Below are positions 1 through 9,026 of a stretch of DNA of 56,405 nt, in pieces. Source of the stretch: Thermoplasmata archaeon. Its GTDB lineage: Archaea > Thermoplasmatota > Thermoplasmata > Lutacidiplasmatales > UBA184. A program made the translations under genes and the position numbers. The notes beneath the pieces were generated by a model. The model was not told the origin of the DNA and did not search any database. It saw only the letters and a program-made list of their open reading frames with translations. Location: contig JAKAYT010000006.1 in assembly GCA_021826685.1 (NCBI GenBank), positions 1 to 56,405 of the forward strand, given 5' to 3'. Positions within the stretch are counted from its first letter, which is position 1. Each line of letters starts with the position of its first letter.

Positions 1-124
1 CGGTCTCGGGGGCGGGGTCCGAGGGCCTACGCGGAGTCTTAGGGCCGCCCAAGCGGCGGGGGTTGGACGGGGGCCGAAGCTTCATGCGGGGAAGCGGTTC
101 CCATCGTGCGGGTGAGACAATCCC

Positions 125-2131
125 GTGACCCCCACTCCGACCCCCTCGACGGTGCCGCCGCCCGCTCCGACGATCCCCCGGTTCTCGATAGGGTACATGG
201 ATCGGTCTGCCGATCCGAAGGTCGACTTCTACCGCTTCGCGTCCGGCGGTTGGATCGACCGCAATCCGGTACCGGCGGACAAGGCGCGCTGGAGCGGATT
301 CAACGAGCTCTCCGACTACAATTTCCTCCTGCTCCGAGAGATCTTGGAATCCGCGGCCCGGCCGGGGCGACCGGCTACGCACCCGACCCCACGGCGCCAG
401 GTAGGCGATTTCTATGTCTCGGCCGTCAACCGCGAGCAGCGCGAGAAGCGAGGGTTCGCCCCTCTCGAACCGGACTTGGTGGCGATCCGCCGCCTTGCTT
501 CGGCCCGATCGGTCGTGGACCTGGTGGCCCGGTTCCACCGTCGCGGCATCCCCGGCCTGTTCTCGGCGTATGTGGCGCCCGACGAGAAGGAGAGCTCGGT
601 CTACGCGCTCTACCTTACCCAAGGCGGACTGTCCCTCCCCGACCGGGACTACTACCTGACGGAGGGCTTTGCAACGGTTCGGGAAGGTTACGCGATCCAC
701 CTTCGGCGGGCTCTGGGCCTGCTCGGAATCCCCGCGGCCCGGATCGAGCGTGAGGCGGAGTCGATCGCCCGGCTCGAGACCGAACTGGCCAAATCCAGCC
801 GATCCCGTGTCGATCTCCGCGATCCGTACAAGAACTATAACCGGTTCACCCCGGCCGAGATCGCGAAGCGATACCCCCACCTTCGCCCGTCGGACTACCT
901 CGCGCGGCTCGGCGCCGGCGCCCCGCCGTACGTGGTCGTGGGTCAGCCCGAGTTCTTCGATTGCGTGGACCGTCTCCTCCGCACCGTGCGCCTAGCCGAT
1001 TGGAAGTCCTACCTGCGCTGGAACCTGGTGCGCTCGAGCGCCGACGAACTTCACGGGGCGATCGAGAACGAACACTTCGACTTCTTCCGTCGCCAGATCC
1101 TGGGTCAGCAGGAGCCCGAGCCGGAGTGGAAGCGAGCCGCCATCACCATCGATGCCTCGGTCGGGGAGGCCCTCGGCCGCCTCTACGTCCAGCGGCATTT
1201 CCCGAAGGAGGCCGAAGCGCGCATGGCCGAGCTCGTCGCCGACCTGCGGTCGGTGTTCCAGGACCGTCTCCAGCGGTTACCCTGGATGACCGACGCGACC
1301 AAGGAGAAGGCCCTGCGGAAGTTCGAACGCTTCTCGGCGAAGATCGGACACCCGGACCGATACCGGGATTATTCGAGCGTGCGTGTCTCGCGCTCCGACC
1401 TTCTGGGGAACGTGCGCCGGGCCGCCGCTTTCGAGGTCCGACGTAACGTGACGCGGATCGGCGGGCCGGTCGATACGGCCGAGTGGGAGATGACCCCGCC
1501 GACCGTGAACGCCTACTTCCACCCTACGAAGAACGAGATCGTCTTCCCCGCCGGGATCCTCCAACCGCCGTTCTTCGACGTAACGATGGACGACGCGGTC
1601 AACTACGGGGGCATCGGCGTGGTGATCGGCCACGAGATGACTCACGGCTACGACGATCAGGGTCGGAAGTACGACGCCGACGGGAACCTCAAGGACTGGT
1701 GGACCGACTCGGACGCGAAGGAGTTCGAGTCCCGCGCCCGGCGGATCGTCGAGCAGTTCAACCGCTTCGAGCCGCTGCCGAACGCCCACGTCAACGGAGA
1801 GCTTACGGCCGGCGAGAACATCGCCGACCTCGGCGGGTTGCGCATCGCCTACGAGGCGCTCCGACGACGCTTGGACGACGGCCGGACGCCGCGCCGCCCG
1901 ATCGACGGCTTTACCCCGGAGCAGCGATTTTTCCTTTCCTACGGCCAGATCTGGCGGATGAACGTTCGCGAGCCCGAGGCGCGCCGTCTCCTAACCATCG
2001 ATCCCCATTCACCGGGCCGCTACCGCGTGAACGGGCCCCTGGCGAACCTTCCGGAGTTCTTCGATGCGTGGAACGTCCCGGAAGGCTCACCGATGCGGCA
2101 GCCCGAAGAGCACCGCGTGGAAATCTGGTAG
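125..2131 (+). CDS. M13 family (neprilysin/PepO-like) zinc metallopeptidase
   Basis: VNAYF, HEMTH zinc motif, GENIAD and D-P-H-S-P motifs; GTG start; no obvious signal peptide. Confidence 0.93.
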   Translation: MTPTPTPSTVPPPAPTIPRFSIGYMDRSADPKVDFYRFASGGWIDRNPVPADKARWSGFNELSDYNFLLLREILESAARPGRPATHPTPRRQVGDFYVSAVNREQREKRGFAPLEPDLVAIRRLASARSVVDLVARFHRRGIPGLFSAYVAPDEKESSVYALYLTQGGLSLPDRDYYLTEGFATVREGYAIHLRRALGLLGIPAARIEREAESIARLETELAKSSRSRVDLRDPYKNYNRFTPAEIAKRYPHLRPSDYLARLGAGAPPYVVVGQPEFFDCVDRLLRTVRLADWKSYLRWNLVRSSADELHGAIENEHFDFFRRQILGQQEPEPEWKRAAITIDASVGEALGRLYVQRHFPKEAEARMAELVADLRSVFQDRLQRLPWMTDATKEKALRKFERFSAKIGHPDRYRDYSSVRVSRSDLLGNVRRAAAFEVRRNVTRIGGPVDTAEWEMTPPTVNAYFHPTKNEIVFPAGILQPPFFDVTMDDAVNYGGIGVVIGHEMTHGYDDQGRKYDADGNLKDWWTDSDAKEFESRARRIVEQFNRFEPLPNAHVNGELTAGENIADLGGLRIAYEALRRRLDDGRTPRRPIDGFTPEQRFFLSYGQIWRMNVREPEARRLLTIDPHSPGRYRVNGPLANLPEFFDAWNVPEGSPMRQPEEHRVEIW

Positions 2132-2191
2132 AGCGCCTCCCCCGGCGAGAACCCTAAGAGTGCCCGGGCCCTGCCGCGGGGGGTTGGCCGT

Positions 2192-2557
2192 ATGCAGCTC
2201 TCACCATCCAGCGTGGCCGTCTTGGTTTCGAACAAGAAGCGAGCGATACGATGGTACCGGGAGAAGCTGGGACTCAAAGTCTTCCACCATGCTGGACACC
2301 GGATCACCGTCGGGTCGCGTCGGACGGGGATGCAACTGCACTTGTGCGATCCCAAGGATTGGATGGAGCGCCCGAAGCTCGAGCCCGGGAATTCGGGGAT
2401 ACTCTTCCGGGTCGACGGGGACATCGAGCGGGCGTACCGCACGCTCAAGCGACGCGGCGTCCGCTTTTCGCAACCTCCTACGAAGGAAGAGTGGGGATGG
2501 AACTGCCGCTTCGTCGATCGCGACGGGAACGAATTCGCACTGATGCCGAACGACTAG
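2192..2557 (+). CDS. VOC/glyoxalase family protein
   Basis: AIRWYREKLGL N-terminal pattern and EEWGWNCRFVDRDGNEF C-terminal pattern. Confidence 0.85.
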   Translation: MQLSPSSVAVLVSNKKRAIRWYREKLGLKVFHHAGHRITVGSRRTGMQLHLCDPKDWMERPKLEPGNSGILFRVDGDIERAYRTLKRRGVRFSQPPTKEEWGWNCRFVDRDGNEFALMPND

Positions 2558-3357
2558 CGCCCGTAGCGCCGCCGGCGGGTTTGGAACGCGTGGATGGCCC
2601 GAAGGAACTCTAGGTGGGTGAGCCCCGGCCACATCACGTCGGAGAAGTACAGTTCGCTGTAGGCCGACTGCCAGAGAAGGAAGTTGGACACGCGCTCCTC
2701 GCCGCTCGTCCTCAGGATGAGGTCCGGGTCCGGCATGTCGGCCGTGTAGAGGTGCCGCCCCACCGCCTCGGCATCGATCTCCTCGGGGCGCAGCCGTCCG
2801 GCCCGCACGTCCTCGGCGAGGCTTCGGATCGCTTGGACGAGCTCGTCCCGGCCGCCGTACGCGATGGCGAGGTTGAAGAAATACTCCGAGTAGTCCTTCG
2901 TGGCCTCCTCGGCCCGTGCGATCGCCTGGCGGACGCGCTCCGGCAGGAGGTCGCGTCGGCCGAGCGCGCGGACCCGAATGTGATGTCGGTGGACCCGCGG
3001 GTCCTTGGCCACGTCGAGGAACCCCTGCTCGATGAGGTCCATTAACGTCTCGACCTCGTCCGGGGTCCGGTGGAGGTTCTCGGTGGACAGGCCGAAGACC
3101 GTCAGCACCCGGACGTTCACCTCCAAGCACCAGTCGAGAATGTCCTCGAGCTTGCGCTTGCCTTGGTTGTGCCCCTCCGGGATCAGAAGGTCGTGCGACT
3201 CGGCGAACCGGCGGTTCCCGTCCATGATGATGGCGAGGTGGCGCGGGACCGGCGCCGACCGGACGAGCGCCAGGAGCTTGCGCTCCTGAGCGTCTCGGAT
3301 CGCTCCCCCTACGACCTCGGAAAGGTACGAGGGGCGTCGGGCCGGTTCGTCCGTCAC
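2554..3357 (-). CDS. uppS: cis-polyprenyl diphosphate synthase
   Basis: HLAIIMDGNRR, LSTEN, IAYGGR and DLILRTSGEERVSNFLLWQ motifs; C-terminal RRYG. Confidence 0.96.
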   Translation of the reverse strand: MTDEPARRPSYLSEVVGGAIRDAQERKLLALVRSAPVPRHLAIIMDGNRRFAESHDLLIPEGHNQGKRKLEDILDWCLEVNVRVLTVFGLSTENLHRTPDEVETLMDLIEQGFLDVAKDPRVHRHHIRVRALGRRDLLPERVRQAIARAEEATKDYSEYFFNLAIAYGGRDELVQAIRSLAEDVRAGRLRPEEIDAEAVGRHLYTADMPDPDLILRTSGEERVSNFLLWQSAYSELYFSDVMWPGLTHLEFLRAIHAFQTRRRRYGR

Positions 3358-3411
3358 ACCCTCGTCGAGGCGGAAGCAGGTTAAACGGTGAAGGGGGGTC
3401 GGGCCCGGGAG

Positions 3412-3514
3412 CGCCCTGGTCGGGAGTTTCGGGCCCGGGGGAGACCCCGAGCGCCTTCGAACCCGAGTCCCAGGCTCGACAGACCTAGATCCTAGACCAC
3501 TAGACTACCAGGGC
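3412..3514 (-). tRNA. tRNA-Asp(GUC) with 30-nt intron in the T-loop (intron 3426-3455, position 59/60)
   Basis: Acceptor GCCCTGG/CCAGGGC+G; anticodon arm TAGGT-CTGTCGA-GCCTG; T-stem TCGGG/CCCGA; removing the intron restores TTCGAAT and gives 73 nt; BHB central helix TTCG/CGAA with AAG and ACT bulges. Confidence 0.93.
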
Positions 3515-3629
3515 ACCGGACCCGAGGTAGAGCCACGCTCCTATGAACTTTCCCACGCCGGTTGGCGCCGCGATTCGAGTCGAGAGCGCGGTTTATGTAG
3601 CGGTGGGCGAGGTGACGAGGGTCGCAGAT

Positions 3630-3767
3630 ATGATCGTCGCCTGGCTCATCGCCATCGGAATCATCGTGGGAGGGGTCCTCGTCGTGACCCACCTCGGCGT
3701 CAACGTCCTGGGCATGATCGGTCAAGGGTTCCACGAACTCGAGCGCGCCCTGTCGGCTCCCTTGTAG
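3630..3767 (+). CDS. small single-pass membrane protein (45 aa)
   Basis: In-frame ATG at 3630 of ORF 3543-3767, downstream of TTTATG at ~3592; hydrophobic N-terminal helix followed by an amphipathic tail. Confidence 0.55.
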   Translation: MIVAWLIAIGIIVGGVLVVTHLGVNVLGMIGQGFHELERALSAPL

Positions 3768-3778
3768 CGTCGGACCGG

Positions 3779-4342
3779 TCAGCCCCGAGCTAGGAGGCGC
3801 AGGACCGCGGCGCGGAAGGTCCGGGCCCGGATGTCCGGCATCGCTCCGTGCGCGCGAAGCTCGGCCTCGATCTCTGCCTCGTGGCCGGGCGGCGGAACCA
3901 GCGCGGTCGGGATCCCGAGGCGTCGGCCCGCTTCGATGTCCAGCCAGCGATCGCCCACGATCGCGCTGCGAGCGATGTCGAGGTTCAGGTCCCGGCGGGC
4001 GCGTTCGAAGAGCTCCGTTCCCGGCTTGCGGCAGCGGCACCCGCGCTCGGGGAGGTGAGGGCAGTAGTAGAACGCGTCAATCTCGGCGCCGTGCGGCCGG
4101 AGTCGCTCGTTGAGCCGCGCATGGATGCGGCGCACGTCCTCGTCGGTCACTAGGCCCCGCTCGATCCCCGACTGGTTCGTGACGCAGACGAGGCGAAGTC
4201 CATGCGCGCGCGCGAGCGACAGAGCCTCGGTCACCCCTCGATAGATCTCGAGGCGGTCCGCCTCCGCGAGGTAATGAAGGTCGACCATCAGGGTACCATC
4301 GCGGTCGACGAACAGCGCGGGGGTTCTCCCCGAATCCACCAC
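3779..4342 (-). CDS. HAD-IIIA family phosphatase (GmhB/histidinol-phosphatase-like)
   Basis: DRDGT, VTNQSG, CPH...CRCRKPG and GDRWLD motifs; start moved to GTG 4342 to avoid overlap with the divergent gene. Confidence 0.9.
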   Translation of the reverse strand: MVDSGRTPALFVDRDGTLMVDLHYLAEADRLEIYRGVTEALSLARAHGLRLVCVTNQSGIERGLVTDEDVRRIHARLNERLRPHGAEIDAFYYCPHLPERGCRCRKPGTELFERARRDLNLDIARSAIVGDRWLDIEAGRRLGIPTALVPPPGHEAEIEAELRAHGAMPDIRARTFRAAVLRLLARG

Positions 4343-4397
4343 GTCCGGCCGAACGGGCCCTCCCTTATCGTATTGGCGGCGGTCGCCTAGCGGGCGC

Positions 4398-5141
4398 ATG
4401 AGTGGCTCTCTTCCGTCCACCGTCTTCCGCAGGCTCGACACCGCCTTCGCGCCGATCCGCGCTCGACTTCTCGAGAACGCGGCCCCCGCGACCCTCCTGT
4501 TCTCGGGCGGGGTCGATTCGTCGCTGCTCGCCCACGAACTCGCTTCGATGTCCGCGCTCGAGCTCCTCGTGATCGGGCGGGCCGGGAGTCCGGATATCCT
4601 TCAAGCTACTTCGGCCGCCTCCACGCTCGGGCGGTCGCTCACGGCGATCGAGGTCACCGAGCGCGACGCCGCATCCGCGGTCGCTGAGTACTCGCCCGAG
4701 CTCGCGGACGCCCGGGGTCCCGATCGCGACGTAGCGGTCGCATTTGCCCTCGCGATCCAGCGGGCCGCGTCCCCTCGCGTACTGAGCGCCCAGGGGGTGG
4801 ACGAGCTCTTCCTGGGATACCACCACTTTCGAGACTTGTCCCCGGTGGCCGCGGAGGAGCGGTCCGGTCGCGATCTCGAACGGCTCCAGCAGCGCGAGTG
4901 GCCCCGCGCGGTCCGCATCGCGCGAAGATCGGGCCATGCGATCGAGGCACCCTTCCTCGATCCGGATTGGATCCAGGCCGTCCGCGCAATTCCGATCGAG
5001 GAACGGCTCCCTCACCCCGAGATGAAACACCTGTTCCGAGCTTGGGCCGAGCACCGCGGCCTACCGGCCGAGGTCGCCCATCGCCCCAAGCGCGCGATGC
5101 AGTACGGCTCTCGCATCCACCAGCTCTTGAGGGGCTCCTGA
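4398..5141 (+). CDS. asparagine synthase C-terminal (ATP pyrophosphatase) domain protein, no glutaminase domain
   Basis: FSGGVDS PP-loop, QGVDELFLGY, PFLD and RPKRAMQYGS motifs. Confidence 0.85.
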   Translation: MSGSLPSTVFRRLDTAFAPIRARLLENAAPATLLFSGGVDSSLLAHELASMSALELLVIGRAGSPDILQATSAASTLGRSLTAIEVTERDAASAVAEYSPELADARGPDRDVAVAFALAIQRAASPRVLSAQGVDELFLGYHHFRDLSPVAAEERSGRDLERLQQREWPRAVRIARRSGHAIEAPFLDPDWIQAVRAIPIEERLPHPEMKHLFRAWAEHRGLPAEVAHRPKRAMQYGSRIHQLLRGS

Positions 5142-5195
5142 AACTCGCCAAAGGGGTTATCCCCGATTGGGTCCCACTCCGGCGAGGCGCGAATC

Positions 5196-5954
5196 GTGCT
5201 GAGCCCGGTCGACGCCCTGATCGGCGTCGCGGTCACGGTGGTGCTCGCGGTCGTAGCCGTACTCGGTCGCGCGTTGACGCCACCGGCCGCGGGGATCTCG
5301 GCCGTCTTCGGTTCGGTGATCGTGGTCCTGGCCGGCTTTCCGTATCTCGGCTTGCTCGCCCTCTTCGTGCTCGCGAGTTCCCTGGCCACCCACTACGGCT
5401 TCGAAGAGAAGGCCCGGCGCTCCATGCAGGAGGGCCAGCACGGTGAGCGGGGCATGTCGAACGTGCTCGCGCACATCTTCCTCCCCACGATCCTCGTTCT
5501 GGTCGCCACCCTCTTGCCCATCCAGCTTCCCTCGACGGCGTTGTCGTTCCTCTACGCCAGCGCGATCGCCTTCGGCGCATCCGACACCCTCGCGAGCGAG
5601 CTCGGGATCCTCTCGGGCCACGCCCGGAGCATCCTCACGGGCCGCCCCGTGCCCCCGGGGACCAACGGCGGGGTGTCGCCCCGAGGAGAGGCGTTCGCCC
5701 TCGTCGGGTCGGTGACCACCGCGATCGTGGGATGGGCCCTCTTTGTCGCCTTCTCCACCCCCACCGTCAGCGTGGGGTTGTTCGTCGGGGGAGTGGCTGC
5801 GGCAGGATTCGTCGGATGCCAGATCGACTCCGTGCTCGGGGAGGCGCTCGAGAACCGCCGGCTGCTCACGAAGGGCTCGACCAACTTCGCGGGAATGGGC
5901 TCCGCGATCCTGATCGGTATTGCGATCCTGATCCTCGCGGGAGCGATCCTCTGA
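5196..5954 (+). CDS. DUF92 (TMEM19-like) membrane protein
   Basis: Multiple TM helices; SDTLASELG, PPGTNGGVSPRGE and IDSVLG motifs. Confidence 0.9.
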   Translation: MLSPVDALIGVAVTVVLAVVAVLGRALTPPAAGISAVFGSVIVVLAGFPYLGLLALFVLASSLATHYGFEEKARRSMQEGQHGERGMSNVLAHIFLPTILVLVATLLPIQLPSTALSFLYASAIAFGASDTLASELGILSGHARSILTGRPVPPGTNGGVSPRGEAFALVGSVTTAIVGWALFVAFSTPTVSVGLFVGGVAAAGFVGCQIDSVLGEALENRRLLTKGSTNFAGMGSAILIGIAILILAGAIL

Positions 5955-6670
5955 TGTCGCGGAGGGTACGCGGCGGAAGCGTCGTCCTGCTTTCCGGGGG
6001 GATGGACTCCGCGACCTGCCTCGCGATCGCGTCGGCCCGCCATCCGCCGGTGCACGCGCTGAGCGTGCGATACGGTCAGAGGCACTCGCGCGAGGTCGCG
6101 AGCGCCCGAGCCCTCGCCCGATTCTTCCGTGCGGCGGAACACGTCGAGCTCTCCCTGCCGATCGGGCCGCTCTGGGACTCGGCGCTCACGCATCGCGACC
6201 GTCCTCTCCCGCGCGGTCGCTCGGCCCGGGCGACGATCCCATCCACGTACGTCCCGGCGCGGAACACGATCCTGCTCGCCCTCGCGCTCGGATACGCGGA
6301 GAGCCACGGGCTGGACCGGGTCTACCTGGGCGTCAACGCCGTCGATTACTCCGGATACCCAGATTGCCGGCCGGAGTTCCTCCGCGCCTTCGAGCGCCTC
6401 GCGCGTCTCGCCACCCGCCGCGGGGTGTCGGGAGGTCGGCCGATCCGGATCGTGGCCCCGCTCCTATGGCGCTCCAAGGCCGAGATCGTCCGAGCGGGGG
6501 ACCGACTCGGGGTCCCGTGGGAGCTCACGTGGAGTTGCTACGCCGGAGGCCCCCGGCCGTGTGGTCGGTGCGATGCCTGCCGGCTACGCGCTCTCGGCTT
6601 CGCGAAGGCCGGTCGCGCGGATCCGGCGCTCGCTACTTTGCCGCGGCGCCGGCGACGACGGGCGGGGTAG
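5954..6670 (+). CDS. queC: 7-cyano-7-deazaguanine synthase
   Basis: SGGMDS, YGQRH, TYVPARN, YPDCRPEF and SCY...CGRCDAC motifs; ATG overlaps DUF92 stop (TGATG). Confidence 0.96.
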   Translation: MSRRVRGGSVVLLSGGMDSATCLAIASARHPPVHALSVRYGQRHSREVASARALARFFRAAEHVELSLPIGPLWDSALTHRDRPLPRGRSARATIPSTYVPARNTILLALALGYAESHGLDRVYLGVNAVDYSGYPDCRPEFLRAFERLARLATRRGVSGGRPIRIVAPLLWRSKAEIVRAGDRLGVPWELTWSCYAGGPRPCGRCDACRLRALGFAKAGRADPALATLPRRRRRRAG

Positions 6671-7094
6671 GCGGCGGTGCCAGCGGAGTCACTTCGGACG
6701 TGCAGTACGGGCAACGGGTCGCCTTGACGTTGATCGACATAAAGCAGGCCGGACACTCTCTCGTGGTCGGGGGGCCTTTCGGCTTCTTGGCCTCTAAACG
6801 TTCCTGGGCCTTCTCCATTGGGAGGGCGATCGCGAAGAACACGACGACGAGCACGACCACGAAGTTCAGCGCCGCGCTGGCCAACGAGCCGAACTGGAAG
6901 TACGAGTTCTTGATCGTCACGTTGCCGAGGTTGTTGAGGTTCCCGGCCCCGGCGAGGCCGACGAGGGGGTTCACGACGTCGGTGACCAGCGCCCCGACGA
7001 CCGCCACCACCGCAAGCCCAATGACGATCCCCACCGCCATCGCGGCGAAGTTGCCTCGTGTGGCGAACTTCTTGAAATCCGCCCAGAGACCCAT
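6633..7094 (-). CDS. mscL: large-conductance mechanosensitive channel with C-terminal CxxC...CxxC
   Basis: FKKFATRGN...MAVGIVIG motif, two TM helices, CPAC...CPYC tail. Confidence 0.9.
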   Translation of the reverse strand: MGLWADFKKFATRGNFAAMAVGIVIGLAVVAVVGALVTDVVNPLVGLAGAGNLNNLGNVTIKNSYFQFGSLASAALNFVVVLVVVFFAIALPMEKAQERLEAKKPKGPPTTRECPACFMSINVKATRCPYCTSEVTPLAPPPTPPVVAGAAAK

Positions 7095-7174
7095 CGTCGT
7101 CCGCTCCGCCGCCGCGTCGAACGGAGGTCGAGGAACCCGATATTTGAACCCTCTCGCGCATCGGCGGCGGGCGG

Positions 7175-8974
7175 TTACATCCGCTCGAGCCGCTCGATGC
7201 CCATGAGGTCGAGCACGTTGCCCAGGGTCTGGTGCGCCGCCGCCACCAGCGCGAGACGGCTGGTCCGCTCCGCGTCCGCCGAGAGCACGGGCACCGCGTG
7301 GTAGAACCGATTGAACTCGTCCGCGAGATCGTGCGCGTAGCCGGCGACGTTCTGGACGTGGTTCGTCCGCAGTACCACCCGCAGCGTGCGCGGCAGGCGG
7401 GCGATCACCCGGACGAGCGCCTTCTCCGGTTCGCTCGTGTAGTGAGCGGGATCGTACCCGACGAAGAATTCGCTCGCCCCAGATTTCCGCAGGATGCTAC
7501 CGGCCCGGGCGTAGGAGTACTGCACGAACGGCCCCGACCTCCCCTCGAAGCTCAGGGCTTGCTCCCAGTCGAACGCGACCGGCTTCTCCGGGGCGATCCG
7601 GAGGATGTGGAACCGGACCGCTCCCGTGCCGACGGCCTCGGCGATCCGGTCGGCTTCCGCGGCGTCGATCGACTCCCATCGATCGCGGACCTCGCCCCGA
7701 GCGCGCTCGACCGCATCGTCCAGGAGCTCGTCCAGCCAAACCGCCGAGCCGCCCCGCGTCGACATGCGGCCACCGCCGTGGGCGAGGATGTCCTGATAGA
7801 TGATGAAGATCGGGCGACGCGGCTCACCGAGCTCTTCGAAGAACGCATCGAGCGTGCGGGCGTGAAGTCGGTGGTCCTGTCCCAAGACGTCGACGACGCG
7901 ATCCGCGGACCGCATCTTCTTCAGGTGATAGGCCACGTCGCGCGTAAGATAGAGGCTGGTCCCGTCCCCCCGTTGGTAAACGACGCGGCTCGACTCCTTC
8001 GGGAGCCCGTAGCGACCCAGATCCAGCGCTCGAGCTCCGTTCTCCTCCGTGATCGAGCTCGGCAATCCGTTCAATCGACGGAGGACCGAGTCGACGGACC
8101 CGTCGGTGAGGAGCGAGGATTCCCAGACGAAGGTGTCGAAGCGGACGTTGATCCGCGCCAGCGTGGCGAGCATCCCGGCCAGGATCTTCCCCACGAGCTC
8201 GCGGTGCAGGGGAGGACCGTGTCCTTCCTCGATCCTCTGGACGAGGGCCGCGAGCTCGGCCTGGGCATCCGGATGGTCCTTGAGGTAGGCGCTCACGAAC
8301 GGGTACGGGCGACCGTAGAGCACGTCGTCCCGGCGTACCGGGGGTTCGGGGACGGCGGCCGCCGCCGCGATCTCGGTCGGCCACTGGTCCGCAGGCTTCG
8401 ACCAGATCCAGGTGATCATCGCCGACTGACGACCGAGGTCGTCGACGTAGTACTGGGTCGTGACGGACTCGCCCATCGCCCGAGCCACGCGTGCCACCGT
8501 GTCTCCGATGATCCCGTTGCGTACCCGCCCCACGTGCAGGGGACCGGTCGGATTGGCGCTGGTGTGCTCGACGATGGCCGTCGGACCGGGCCCGTCCTGG
8601 CCCCCATAGCGCGCGCCTCGGGCGGCGACGCGCTCCAAGGTCTCGCGCGCGAGACGTGCCGTAACGACACGGAAGTTGACGAAGGCTCCATCGGCGCTCA
8701 CGCTCTCGATGGAACGGCTCGGGGACCACGACTTGGCCAGGTCGGCCGCGAGCACCGGTGGAGCGCGCCCGGCCGGTCCGGCGAGACGATGTACGGGAAG
8801 GGCCACGTCTCCTTGCCGGCCTCCCTCGAGATCCAGGAGGCTTTCCAGGACGCCGCGTTCCGTCCCGAGTCCGATCCGGTCGGCGGACGCCTCGAGCTCG
8901 TCGAGAAGTTCCTCCAGTATCGGGGCCCAGGGATCGGGCGAGACCGGACCGGGCGAGGACTCCGATTTCGCCAT
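7175..8974 (-). CDS. argS: arginine--tRNA ligase
   Basis: EHTSANPTGPLHVGR (HIGH), RMSTR, QYSYAR motifs and C-terminal LERM. Confidence 0.96.
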   Translation of the reverse strand: MAKSESSPGPVSPDPWAPILEELLDELEASADRIGLGTERGVLESLLDLEGGRQGDVALPVHRLAGPAGRAPPVLAADLAKSWSPSRSIESVSADGAFVNFRVVTARLARETLERVAARGARYGGQDGPGPTAIVEHTSANPTGPLHVGRVRNGIIGDTVARVARAMGESVTTQYYVDDLGRQSAMITWIWSKPADQWPTEIAAAAAVPEPPVRRDDVLYGRPYPFVSAYLKDHPDAQAELAALVQRIEEGHGPPLHRELVGKILAGMLATLARINVRFDTFVWESSLLTDGSVDSVLRRLNGLPSSITEENGARALDLGRYGLPKESSRVVYQRGDGTSLYLTRDVAYHLKKMRSADRVVDVLGQDHRLHARTLDAFFEELGEPRRPIFIIYQDILAHGGGRMSTRGGSAVWLDELLDDAVERARGEVRDRWESIDAAEADRIAEAVGTGAVRFHILRIAPEKPVAFDWEQALSFEGRSGPFVQYSYARAGSILRKSGASEFFVGYDPAHYTSEPEKALVRVIARLPRTLRVVLRTNHVQNVAGYAHDLADEFNRFYHAVPVLSADAERTSRLALVAAAHQTLGNVLDLMGIERLERM

Positions 8975-9026
8975 CGATAGATCAGGGCGTCGGCTTAAGC
9001 GGGGGGTCGGTTTTAACGGTTCCCTG

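Noticed and set aside
3426-3455. Common origin of the two tRNA introns (shared CGGGCCCGA)
   Set aside because: A short GC palindrome at different relative positions, likely by chance in this genome; otherwise the introns do not align.
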